Both the position numbers and the translations under genes were made by a program. A DNA stretch of 64,000 bases from Azolla caroliniana (Eukaryota; Plantae; Polypodiophyta), in contig JBHGNT010000013.1 of NCBI GenBank assembly GCA_043228905.1, positions 1,736,001-1,800,000 of the forward strand, given 5' to 3'. Shown here in pieces: positions 1-11,876 of the stretch. Below the pieces are notes generated by a model. The model was given only the letters and a program-made list of their open reading frames with translations. It did not search any database and was not told where the DNA came from. Position 1 is the first letter of the stretch. Every line of letters begins with the position of its first letter.

Positions 1-964
1 AATTGGCTATAGGTGATAGACTTAGTACGTGAGCCCAGCATATCAGATCGATAGACATCATAAACTTCCCGACGTGTATAATTATCAGAAAGATGCATCC
101 TACCTGTAGTGGGCATTACTTCACAATTTAACTGAAAGTAAGTTTTCATCCAACCAATAGCATGTCTTCCAATTGCACCTTTCATACTTGGAACCTCTTT
201 ACAATTGAGCATCTGATCCCCGCTAAGTAGACGTTGTTGTACTCTATGTAGCCGCATGTTACTAACACATAACGCAATTTTGAATGCAACTCTACATATC
301 TGTTGCACATGGAAGATATAATACTCGAATGATACTTTGATCCCCGTACATTTGTCAGATACTAGTTGCATATGTGACCCGGGGTAAGTGTCTTGCTCAT
401 CACCGGTCATCGAAAAATAGTATCGCCTTAATTCTCGCAACTTTGATTTTCCAATCATAGACATACAACCACGGGCACAACATATTTTTTTGACATCAAA
501 TCCAATCTGTTTATCTGATGTCACCAAGCTAAATCTAGCTAGACGAATTCTTCGTGGGATTCTTCTAATATGCATAGGGCTCCCAGATTTCTCTTCATGC
601 ATAGAGGTTGGTGTAACCTTGTTACAATCTAATTCTCTGTTGTGACCATCGCCAATGTTATTCAATGTTTCCTGGGCACTACATTCTCCGTATCTTTATT
701 AATGTCGTATTCTTCAATAGAGAACTCTTCACATGTGTCATTATTAACATTCCCTGTAGATGAGCTCAAACAATATTCTTCGATAGAATATGGTGAGTCT
801 GTCGACAGACAATATTCTTCAATCGAATATGGTGAGTCTGTCGACAGACAATATTCTTCAATCGAATATGGTGACTCTGTTGACAAACAATACTCTTCAA
901 TAGAAAACGATGAGTCTGATGACAAACAATATTTTTCAATCGAGAACGGTGAATCTTCACTCAT
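1..964 (-). CDS. N-terminal part of a Sola-like (DUF7869-type) transposase, runs off the window edge, one frameshift near 690
   Basis: Manual translation of ~690->1 is open: ..KKICCARGCMSMIGKSKLRELRRYYFSMTGDEQDTY..QICRVAFKIALCVSNMRLHRV..IGWMKTYFQLNCEVMPTTGRMHLSDNYTRREVYDVY... The CC-x3-C, C-xx-AF-x8-RL and W..MP..HL pattern resembles Sola-type transposase N-termini. The DDD core is not visible. Confidence 0.6.
768..955. repeat. 39-bp coding tandem repeat, ~5 copies (13-aa unit SIEEYCLSTDSPY on - strand)
   Basis: ACAATATTCTTCAATCGAATATGGTGAGTCTGTCGACAG units. Confidence 0.9.
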
Positions 965-1665
965 GGCTTAAGGTCTAGATAGGGCTCTGTAAGTTATGTG
1001 CTTAGGGTAAGGAAAAAAAACTAATAAGCTCCTCTCTAAACATATACTCCTCTCTAAACATAAACTTCTCTCTAAACAAAAGCCAAATCAATAGAATGTC
1101 TATATTATGTAATATTCTATTAATACAATACATAAAAAGTTTATGTTTAATAAAGTAATTGTACTTAAAATATCAATTATTATATAAACTACATCTATAT
1201 GAAGTTAAATCAAGTATAATATAAATCTAATCATTAACAAGCCATGAATATGTTGGATTAATGTTAAAATCATTGGCTAATTAATGGCACCCATTTTGAT
1301 GTAGAACCTCTCACTCATTGGTTCTTTAATGCTCACCATTTTAAATATTAGACTTATCAATCATTGGTTAATTCATGCCCACATCTTTAATACACAGCAT
1401 TTGAGAGTCATAAAAATTGTTGCTTTTAGTAATCAATCATTGGTACATTCATGAACCTCTATCATTGTCTCCTTCATGACCTTTGAAGTCATTGCAGGTT
1501 GTTATGACTATAAAAGATTAATCAATATGTTAGTTTGACTTTGTAATCATTAATGCAATCATAAGTTACTCTAGTTAATGTTACTATGGTTACCAACTAA
1601 CTATCCTCAAACTTACCAACCTTGGTTAAGATGACTATGGTTACTTTAACCAATGTGGTCAATCC

Positions 1666-1676
1666 CTATAAATAGG
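1666..1676 (+). promoter_or_regulatory. Putative TATA box of the ParB-MTase gene
   Basis: CTATAAATAGG ~130 bp upstream of ATG 1800. Confidence 0.5.
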
Positions 1677-1799
1677 AAGACCTCGTCATATTTCACTCAC
1701 AAGAGCGTACAGAGCACACAGAACGTACAAAGCACACAAAGCACACAGAGCTCAAAGCACCAAAGCGCGATCTCCGCCTCCACTGCCACACGATCAACC

Positions 1800-4700
1800 A
1801 TGTCTTCGAAGAGAATCGAGCGTGAGGACGCTAGGTAAGCCTCTGACACTGTGGATATTTTTGTAAATATGTTTCGTCGATCAAGAACTCGATATGGCGT
1901 ATCGAGTTCCTGTATACAATACAAACTTTATACAGGAACTCGATACGGCGTATCGAGTTCCCGTTTAAAACCTACACTTTAAACACGAACTCGATACGCC
2001 GTATCGAGTTCATGTTTAAAACCTAAACTTTAAACAGGAACTCGATACGCCGTATCGAGTTCCTATTTAAAAAGCAAAGAAAGCACAGGAACTCGATACG
2101 CCGTATCGAGTTCCCGTTTAAAACCTACACTTTAAACACGAACTCGATACGGCGTATCCAGTTCCCGTTTAAAACCTAACTTTAAACGGGAACTCGATAC
2201 GCCGTATCGAGTTCCCGTTTAAAACCTAACTTTAAACGGGAACTCGATACGCCGTATCGAGTTCCTGTTTAAAGTTTAGGTTTTAAACACGAACTCGATA
2301 CGGCGTATCGAGTTCATGTTTAAAGTGTAGGTTTTAAACAAGAACTCGATACGGCGTATCGAGTTCGTGTTTAAAACCTAAACTTTAAAAAGGAACTCAA
2401 TACGCCGTATCGAATTCCTGTTTAAAAAGCAAAGAAAGCATAGCAACTCGATACGGCGTATCGAGTTCCCGTTTAAAGTTTAGGATTTAAACACAAACTC
2501 GATACGCCGTATCGAGTTCCTGTATAAAAGAAGGCTCTGAAAGAGAAAAATTGTGTTTTTGGGGTAACAATTAAATATTGTGTGGAAAAGATATCAAATT
2601 GTCTGTTAAAATCAGTCTTTTTTATGTTGACTTGCCTTACTTTTAAAAAAAAACATGCCATAATTATAGGTGTTTTATGACCTACTTTAGCTTAAAATAG
2701 TAGAAAATGATCCACAAATTGCCTTTACGATAGCAAATTCTCTTCAATATAGGTTTCGAATCTATATAAGTCATACCTACCCTTTAAAAGAATATATAAC
2801 CCTGTTTACTTATTACGATATATATTTTCTAGTTTGAATAGCCCTGCCTAGAATAGATTTTTGAATATAGGACTACCATGTACTCTGAATGCATGATTGA
2901 TATTTTCACTTCACCACTAATCGCCTGCTAGTGAGAACTGTTCTTCATCTTAATATTTATATTTTAATATACAACCTTAATCTACGTGACCATCTAACTT
3001 ATGTTTTTGCATATACTTTCTTAAATAGGTCATTTGAGAACCTGTCAGACTGACCCGTGAAGAAAATAAAGCTTCGCATACAGGGTTCTCCAATCGAAGC
3101 CCAGACCAAGGTAGCTCCTAAGACCATGAAGAGAGGAAAAAAGCTTCTCTTCAACGAAGAGACAAAATCTCAGCCACATATTGATGTTAGCCAAAAGAAA
3201 CTTGTCGCCGTTACTGGAGGTGAAGACCTTCCTGACCGTGATCTAACGGACAAGGATGGTGTATGCAATATGTCAACTCAAAGAAAAAAGTCGTATTGTA
3301 TACAACAAAGAAGAAGGGGGAGGGGTAGCTTGGAAAGGAAACCCCATTTATGTATGGCCGTATTCTACGATTTGACTGCGAAGATGCAGATTCGGCCAAC
3401 ATACTGGTAATGATAGAGTGCTCCAAGGGGGTACGTAAAGTGTTCCTTTTAGAAGACCTTTTAGTAAAGGAATCTTGTGGGCCATAAGCGTTCAAAAAAG
3501 ATCTTGAAAGCTCACAAAACCTTATTGTTACCTTGAGGCCTTATATACAAGGCCATGTAACTCTAAGAGATGAAGTGCCCACCCCATTGAAGGCCACAAA
3601 AAGGGTATCCAAAGTCCAGTCAAGACCACCAAAGAAGAAGACAACCAAAATGTCGGACACCGATTCAACAAGTGAAAACGAAGAGGAGGATAATAAGGGG
3701 ACGCCAGGAGCTGAGCTGGCATCGGGTGTTTTGTCATCCGAGCAGAATAAGATAAGGAGAGAGTTAATGCAACGGAAACTGGTCAGGAAAGGGCAAGTGT
3801 TTAATTTGCCTATAACACACATCCATCGGCCCCCTATTGATGAAAAAACAGGTTGACGACCACTTGAGATTAGAGAGCCACACCGCATGCATGTTCAAAA
3901 TCTCACGAAAAAAATGAAAATTAATCCTCATGCAACTGTGGTGCCATTTATTGTTATGGTAGAATCCTAAAGAATGTGAAACCATTGAAGATTTTGATAT
4001 TAGAAAACATGATCAATATAACTATTTTGTCATTGGTGGATCGCATTCAGCAGAGGCACGTCGGCAACTTGTGAGAGAACATCCAACGACTTTCTTCTTC
4101 AAGTATGCCGAGTGCAAAATTTATGTTGGGCTCACAACCGAAGAGGCTAAGCTGTTGGCATGGGACCATAATAATGATAATGACTATAGGCAGAAAATGT
4201 CGTCCATTGAGCGTATATTGTTCTTCCACCACGAGTATTTAGACGTGAAACAAAAGTTTGGTGTGAAGTTACATCCAAGCCTACGACGTCAATGTCTGCA
4301 TGAAGTCGGCATTGTGGTAGATGATAATGTTAAGTCCGATGGTCTTCGAAAGTATGAGTCTTGGTTTCAATTGGCGTTTAGAGATGGAGAAGTATGGGAC
4401 CTACAAGATCAAATCTTCTCAATGTGGGAGAATAAGGAGGTAAAGGGTCAACGACAAAAGAAATGTAAGGTTGACCCTCAACTAGAGTTAAAGTCACAAG
4501 CCGCCAAGAAAATTGACTTGACAATTGAAGAAGCGGCAGACGACATGAAGTTGTCTTTGTGGAGAGCGATGCAAGGTATTAAGGACGAGCAGCTTCTTGT
4601 GTCTATTTTGTCAAGGGTTGTGGCGAAAGATTTAAGCCTTGAAGAAATGGTCACTGAGTTCAATAAGTAAGTCTTTCAAATACTGAAATTGTAGTCTATC

Positions 4701-6254
4701 TGGTGTAATTCAAAGTTCTAATCTTGATTTCTAATTTTACAGTCATAAGGTGTACATGAAGATCCAAGAAGTTATGATGAAACAACTTGGATGTATAACT
4801 TGGGAACAAGTGACCGAGGATTATCCTCTAACGTCTTCATATAAGGCGTTATCAGAGTATTTTATTGCATTCAAGGATTGGGTTAGTATTGATGGTTTTT
4901 CATTACCCTTTCATCATATGTAGAGCTTGTATAATAATACCTGATGTCCTATTGCTTTTATTAGAAACCGTGTCGAGGCAAGAAACAAGGAGAAGTTAAG
5001 GATATACATGATTTCCCTACATCCTTCCTTGCACATCTCGAGCGAGCCAGAAAAGAAAAGGATCGTCGCTTAGTCAAGGCGTACGAAATGGAGGAAGATG
5101 GCTCCTTTAAAAAATTTAGCCACAAAAAAGATATTACGAGAGATCTTTACTACAATGTGGTTTGCGGTGATGTCGTCGACTTGATCCAAAAGGTGCCAAA
5201 GAAGGAATATACGCTAATGATTGCGGATATTCCTTACGGATTTCGAATGGCTGGGTCATCATACGACGATGAATCATTTAGGTTTAAACAATTGGAGAAG
5301 ATGGTCAAGGATTTCGCTGAGCTAACGACTGCATCCTTGTGGCGAATAGTTGTCTTTCATAGTATGGACCAAGGGTACTCGGTAGCTCAAGCTTTGAGAT
5401 CTCGTTGCCATGGCATCGAGAACCTTGCATGGTAAGGATAATTTATAGGTGTCTTTCACTATATTGCATTTCTTAAAGTTGTTCAATCTATTCTTAACTC
5501 GATGTATTATTTTTTATAGGATCAAGACCAATGTAAATAGAGGGCCAACTTTTCGGTTCGTTAATGCCATTGAATACATAACGGTTGGCTAATTCGATGA
5601 AATTAAGAAACAGAGAATCAAGGAGCATTCTAATGAAGTGGAGGTTCAAATCTGTTGGTATATCCAGCAGTGACACGGAAATTGTGACATGTCACGACAA
5701 CAGAACGGGGACTTGTCAACCCATACCAAAAACCTCAACGACTTATGATGCGCTTGATCAAGATGTTTTCTGTCGAAGGAGACTGGATATTAGATCTCTT
5801 TTCTGGCACAGGTATTCCTCGAACTAGGGTAACGATCTTGAGATAACCAATCCCTTTTTATTTCATTTGACAACTAAATCTTCTTGTTACTTACATCACA
5901 GGAACGACGTCTGCATGTGCATTGAAGCTTTTTAGAAATATAGTTGCATTGGAGAAGGACGAGGACCAAGTTATATTTATTAATATGCGGATTAAGGCTT
6001 TGTGGGAGTGCCCAGACCAGGATGAGGAGGTCGGTGCAAAGAACCTCGCTAATACAGAAAGGTTTCAACCTGCTTCGCGAGAGCCTATTCCTCCGTTAGC
6101 CGGCGAACCGGGGGAGCTAATAGAGCTTGATGATGAGCTTATAGAAGATATTTCGTTGGCTCGGCTAACAGGGGAAACCAATGCACGTATAGCCGAAGAC
6201 AGTTCTACACAAGATGATGAAGAAAATGATGTTGATGAATTGATTGCTATGTAA
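1800..6254 (+). pseudogene. Six-exon gene: ParB/Spo0J-like domain fused to beta-class N6A/N4C DNA methyltransferase (degenerate copy)
   Basis: Exons 1800-1834, 3029-4666, 4743-4881, 4965-5431, 5520-5811, 5902-6254. All five introns are GT..AG and phase-consistent. ParB-like: PFIVMV..YFVIGGSHSAEA..LTTEEAKLLAWDHN..MSSIERI. MTase: VVCGDVVDL, MIADIPYG (IV), AWIKTN, NPYQKP, WILDLFSGTGTT (I), IVALEKD (II). Several internal stops and about 3 frameshifts. Confidence 0.85.
1884..2522. repeat. Array of 13 near-perfect palindromes GAACTCGATACG(C/G)CGTATCGAGTTC, ~50-bp period, in intron 1
   Basis: Copies start near 1884, 1937, 1987, 2038, 2089, 2140, 2190, 2240, 2291, 2342, 2393, 2445 and 2495. Many extend with TTTAAAC..GTTTAAA to ~43-bp hairpins. 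Linkers are themselves repeated. Confidence 0.95.
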
Positions 6255-6674
6255 TAGACTCTATGAAGAAAATGACACTGACGATTTGTTAGGATTTCAC
6301 ATTATTAATACAAATTTTGGGTTTTACCTAGTGGATTCTATTCTTTATAATCTTCTATATGTTTCAATTTTATTTTTATATACTTGGTTAGTAGATTTAT
6401 GACATTGGTTTCACCGCGTGCATAGCTGACTACCAAATTTATGGAGAAACATGAATTAGTTTAAATTGAGGCTGATTTTGGTCCAAGCTAACCTTAACAG
6501 AACATGGCCCTATAATTTTTGCCATGACTATCCATGTTGTTATTATGGATCTTTGTCTTCTATTGTTAAAACTATTATGTTTCTATTCCATTGCTGCTTA
6601 GATTGTGTAGTGTGTTGATAATGGTTCCAATTCGTTATCGTTCGGAGTTTTATCCTGTGTGAATCACCTAAGCA

Positions 6675-6922
6675 ATAGAGTAGATCAATTTTAAATACAG
6701 GTATGAAAGCCTAATAGGTTTGTTATTTCCACGACATTATCCTAAAGTTCACTGCCTTACATTGTCCACAATTATATACATATGGTTTGATCCCATATGA
6801 ACAAACTGAGGAATAGATTAGATCAACTTTAAATACAAGTATTGAATACTTTAATAAGTTAGTTATTCCAATCACTTATCCTAATGTGCACTATCCTACA
6901 TTTTCCACAATTACATACATGC
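6675..6922. repeat. Diverged ~135-bp direct duplication in the subterminal region
   Basis: TAGATCAA(T/C)TTTAAATACA..TTATCCTAA..TCCACAATTA(T/C)ATACAT occurs twice. Confidence 0.7.
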
Positions 6923-7304
6923 ACGTATGGGTCAAAGTATAAATTATAACTCATTTTATTAGTATGGATACAAGTACACCTGATATTTTTGTAAAACTTA
7001 CCTATAAAATATAAGTCTTTAAGTTAGTGTTTCCTTTGTCGCACAGTAGTGACATATTGAGCCATAGTTGAACTTTATTATGCCTACATTAACTTATCAA
7101 CGTGTCTAAACTTGCATGATTTCTAATGATCTCCACTCGTAGATCTATCATGTATTTTTATATTTGCAAATTCTCATCAAGTTGAGGAACATGTGATACT
7201 AGTGCATCCAATTTTTGTAGAGAGGGTGTATTTGCTTCGTTTTAAGAAGATTCTACAAGTGGAATGCGCAATCCTTCCACTTGTGAACGCGAACGTGTTA
7301 CTTC

Positions 7305-8626
7305 AATTTGGCATACAGACCATACTTTCTTAAGCGTTCAAGTACTTTCCGGACATGCATATCATGCTCCTCTTGTGTTTTCAAGTAAATTAGCAGATCA
7401 TCTAAATAGATGATGAGAAAGATATCCAGAAAATCTCGAAAAATGTCATTTGCCATATGTTGGAAAACTGCAGGTGCATTTGTGAGCTCGAAAGGCATGA
7501 TTGTATACTCAAAATGACCATACCGAGTGCGAAATGCAATTTTTCACTCATCTCCCGGTCAAATTCGAACTAGATTATATGCACCCCTTAAATCGATTTT
7601 TGTAAAATGCTTTGCCCCACCAATGCACTCTAAAAGACTTGAGATTAAAGGTAGAGCATACCTATTTCTTATGGTGATTTTATTTAATCCTCGATAGTCC
7701 ACGACCAAACGAAGTGAACCGTCCTTTTTCTTCACAAAAAATATGGGAGCATTAGCTGGAGACCTTGAATGTCGAATGAACCCATGGGCAAGATTCTCTT
7801 CAATGTACTCTCGAAGAACCTCAAGCTCAATTGGTGATAGATTGTAGATCAGACCCCATGGTGGCTCTTTTCCTGGTTGAAGATCAATGGGACAGTCGTA
7901 TGACCGATGCTTTGGAAGTACACTAGCTTTGACTTTATAAAAGACATCAACATATTCTTGATATTTTTTGGGAATTTGGTTGTCTAAATTCCCTTGAGTT
8001 GCACTAGAAGGTGTCACTAATACTGCAAATAAGAAAAGTTCCTCCTTTCCTCCCACTTGGGACAATTGTTGCAATGTAATGGTTGAGATTTGATGAAAAG
8101 GAGATGGTGCAATGGTAGAACTATATTCTTTAAGGGAAGAGTCTCAGGTTCGATCCTTAGCAATGATGTTTTCTAATGAAGGGCACCAAATTCCGCGCCT
8201 CCACCAATCGATTCTTGGGTTATGTAGCTCAAACCATGGAAAACCAAGGACAATTGGATGCTCGAGGCTACATATTATGTTAAAGGAAACTACACATCCT
8301 AAAACACCTAAGAGTATGTGTATTTGGCTTAGACCCTTCAATTATCTTCCCGAAAGCTATGGGACGTCCATCAATCACTATTACAAAAACCGCACAAGGA
8401 AGGGTATGCAACGATATTTGATGTTTTTGCCAGGCAAAATCTCTATCCATGAAACAAGAATTGGCACCGGTATCTAAGAGGGCTTGGACTTGAAGTTGAC
8501 AACTTGGTTTCCTAACGTGTACTTGGGCTGAGAAGACTCCACTAACATGCTTGGAAGAAATGGAACCTACACTAGGTTGTACATATCTAGAGGTGTCCAA
8601 CCAAATGGCTCCTATTTTGGCCGAAC
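7305..8626 (-). pseudogene. pol: Gypsy pol fragment (protease + RT)
   Basis: ORFs 8280-8600, 8144-8341, 7559-8074 and 7298-7498 with frameshifts and stops. Confidence 0.9.
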
Positions 8627-9362
8627 TTATTCGTTTAACTCCTCTTCTAATTGGCTTAGGACTTCAAACTTATTAAACAAGGGTGGATTATTCATAATAT
8701 TAGGATCACTAAGTTCTTCTAAAATGTTGGACTCAATTTTATTGTCATAGTGAATTTGATTTACCTAACGTCTTGGCCTACGGGAGCGATGAATGGCTAT
8801 ATGTCCTGGACCTCCACAATATAAGCACAGACGGTTTGCTCAACGTCATTGTTTCTCTTCATCCAACAACGGTCCTTGTCGTTGGGTCATATCGATCTCC
8901 ATGGGTGTAGACCTATCCATTGGGGCTAGACTACATGGTTGCCTTGGAGTTGGAGCAGGGCTATATGTTTGCCTTGGAGATGATTGCGTTGTTATTGATG
9001 CATAAGTTGGTGTGAATCTTGATCTTGTTATTTGTTGTTGTCATTCACATCGACACTCATAAAGACGATTATGGGTAAAAGCATGCGAGTGGAAACACTA
9101 TTATAGCTAATTAGCTACTAAAATGGCCACAACTAATTAGCTATTTGTTTAGCTAGTTTTTTGTGGGAAAATAATAAGGATGGTTTACGAAATTTTATGT
9201 TTTATTAGTTAAATACATGTCATTTAATTTATGAGAATACTCTGATATTTGAACTTTGGTTTCTGATGTAGTGGAACATGGGGAATAGTGCCATCATCTA
9301 AGGTTGACTTGAATGTCATCAAATTCTTGATAATCCTGAGTTTGAGTTCGAACTCTAAACAG

Positions 9363-11876
9363 ATGGAGTACTCTGAGCATGAACGTAGACGAAGCTCCCG
9401 CAATAGCACGAAACTCTGAGATCGACATTGCACCTTTAGAGCTACAACACACGACCAAGTCGATCCTCGACCAGGTATGTATCAGTTACATATTAAAAAA
9501 ACTTTTTTTTCCCTTTCTGATAACTGTATGTAACTTTGGTGCCTATTCATCTTTCCCAAAAATCGAATAGGGCGAAGTCGTTGGAGTCCCAAAGAAGGAT
9601 GTCTCGAAGATCGGGATGTACCAGTAAGTGTGTTTTTTATTGACAAAATTTCGTAGTACGGTTGATTTTTGCCTTTAGTGATGATTTAGGGTTTGTGTTT
9701 CCCTTAAGTGGTTTAGGGTTTTTGATTACAAGTTTCAGATTATAAGTTTCTGGTTACAAATTTCTAATTACAAATTTCTGATTAATGTCGCAATGTGTTG
9801 TAATTTTGCACCAATTCTCATGACAAATTCTGATTAGGGTTTCTGATTTTTTAAGTGGTTAATTTTTGATACATGTTGAAAAGGATAGATTACAAATTTC
9901 AAATTACTGTCTTAAAGTGTAACTGTAATTTTGCACCAAATTCACATTAAAATTTTGTTTTTGCACCAATTCTGATTACTGATTTTCTATTTCAGGTGGC
10001 TCGTTCCTCCCTATCCTAGAGTGCTGAACTTCACAAAATTTTGTGAGACAAAGGAGGACTTTCACAACATATATGGTCTGTCGCTCAAGGGTATTGACCT
10101 TGCTGTTCTAACAAATAGATTGATTAGTGATGTAGACTGGATGTCAGTATATAAAGTGCCTAGAGTGAAAGGCAAGGCCAAGCTCAAGCATGTATGACCG
10201 GACCTGTACGACGACTGCATGAGACTGCACCAGAAGTACATCAAGAGACCCCAGTCAACAACAAGTTGTCAGTTTCATTTGCCAGAGCTTTTGCATACTA
10301 GTATTGCAAAACAACGAAGGAATCTCGTGACCCTGAAATGTACAAGGTAGCTTGGGAAATTTATGGTGAGGCATCAGTAGAAAGATGTCCGAAGATGGGG
10401 AGCTTGCCAAAAAATGGCAGGATTTTGGAGCATGGCAGTTGATGATGCAATTGCCGACTCCCAACAAACCCGCAAGTATATGCGACACTGACACACAATG
10501 AAAGCCAATGTCAATGATACAGGTGAGACATTGATTAGCTATATGCTAAAAAATGTCCATGAAGCCAGTTGAGACATTCGAGTTTTTTAAGACTGATTTA
10601 GAGAAAGCAACATTGGCTGCTGCGATGGAGAGCAAAGTCACTTTGGTAGTTACAACAATCAGAAATAAGTTTCAAGTACCTATTGTTTTGCTAGTATGTA
10701 ATATGTTATAAATAACTTGGTCATGAAAATGTGCTACTGAGGCATTATCTGGAACAAGTTGCGCAACATGAGCTTGAAATTGAGGGGTCGCTGGATCCCC
10801 AGAGGAAAATTCAACTGCAGACAGAGATCCAGGTTCTTTCAATGAACCTAGACCTTCTAGGTGTAAATACTATCACTGATTACAATTTGGACAAGCTACA
10901 AGTAAGTTAATGATTCTTGTTTCTTGTTGTTGTATCTTCCTCATTAAGGAATAATTAATCAGTAAATTTCTTGGCTCCGTTGAAGGAACAATACTCCCGT
11001 CAAGAACAGGTAGTTAATTGCCTTAAGAAGCAGCTACATTTTGCGGAAGGGATGGTAAGGAGCAGACAAGAATTGGACCTAAATATTCTTGCTCCCTTAC
11101 CAAATGAAGGAGAACTAGGAAATGATATATTGACTATTCAAGCACGTTTCATCACTTGTGGATTACGTGTAGAGGACAAATCTGCTACTCTGTTGGTTCA
11201 CCTACAACCATGCCAGCACACATACCATATCATTTGTTTTCAATATGCCTATAGTAGAGTAGCTAATTAGTTGCTACCATATTGACAAAGAGTAGCTAAT
11301 TAGCTAGTACCATACCTAAGAGAAGTAGCTAATTAGCTCAGTGGTAGCTAATTAGCTACTGTCATAGTCTAGAAGAATAGCTAGTTAGCTAAGATGTAGC
11401 TAATTAGCGACCATGTTGTTGTAGAATCTTGTGGATTAAGGAGGGCACATGAGGTGTCTGGTGTTGATGATGCTACAACCAATGAGCTCCACCCTATTCT
11501 TGTGGAAGATGGTATTGAATTAGGCAACGATGTGAAAAGCCATAAAATATTGGAAATAGCATGTAAATCTAAGGTTCACAACAATAGGGTTTTTGAACAC
11601 TTGATGCAACATTTCTTCAAATCCCAAAACCTTGATTCCACCCCATTGAGCCCAACTATTGATAATGTCCAAACAAATACCACTGCACTGGAAAAGCTAG
11701 TGCAAGACGTGGCTAACGTGCAAGACACTACTGAGGTGATGGAAAGGTTGTCGAAGGAGGACACATTTGCGCAATGGGTCAAAGAAGCAAGGCTAAATGG
11801 GAAACCGGCTAGAAAAAGGCTGAAGAAGGGGCCACGATCGAGGACAAGACCAGTTATTCAGTCAAGGGGCTCTTGA
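9363..11876 (+). pseudogene. Multi-exon cargo gene remnant with RING-finger-like segment
   Basis: Splice-like sites at ~9475 (GTATGT) and ~9995 (TTTCAG). ORF 10971-11270 has TCG..LQPCQHTYHIICF (RING-like C..PCxHxYHxxC). ORF 11454-11876 ends with a basic NLS-like tract. Confidence 0.45.

Larger units (their letters stand above)
1..7304. mobile_element. Probable Sola-like DNA transposon (left end outside window) carrying a ParB-like/DNA methyltransferase cargo gene
   Basis: Transposase-like frame at 1-964 (-) and cargo gene at 1800-6254 (+). The Gypsy RT to the right stops abruptly at ..LYAKL (7305), where AATT (7305-7308) may be the target site. The TIR cannot be verified because the other end is missing. 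Confidence 0.55.

Noticed and set aside
642-971. Plus-strand 109-aa repeat ORF
   Set aside because: Antisense shadow of the 39-bp repeat. The minus strand leads into the transposase-like frame.
1884-2522. CRISPR array
   Set aside because: Linkers are short and themselves repeated, not unique spacers. There are no cas genes and the array lies in a spliceosomal intron.
1800-6254. Bacterial/phage contamination or a restriction-modification operon
   Set aside because: The gene has five GT-AG introns and a TATA box, is contiguous with plant retroelements, and has no endonuclease partner visible.
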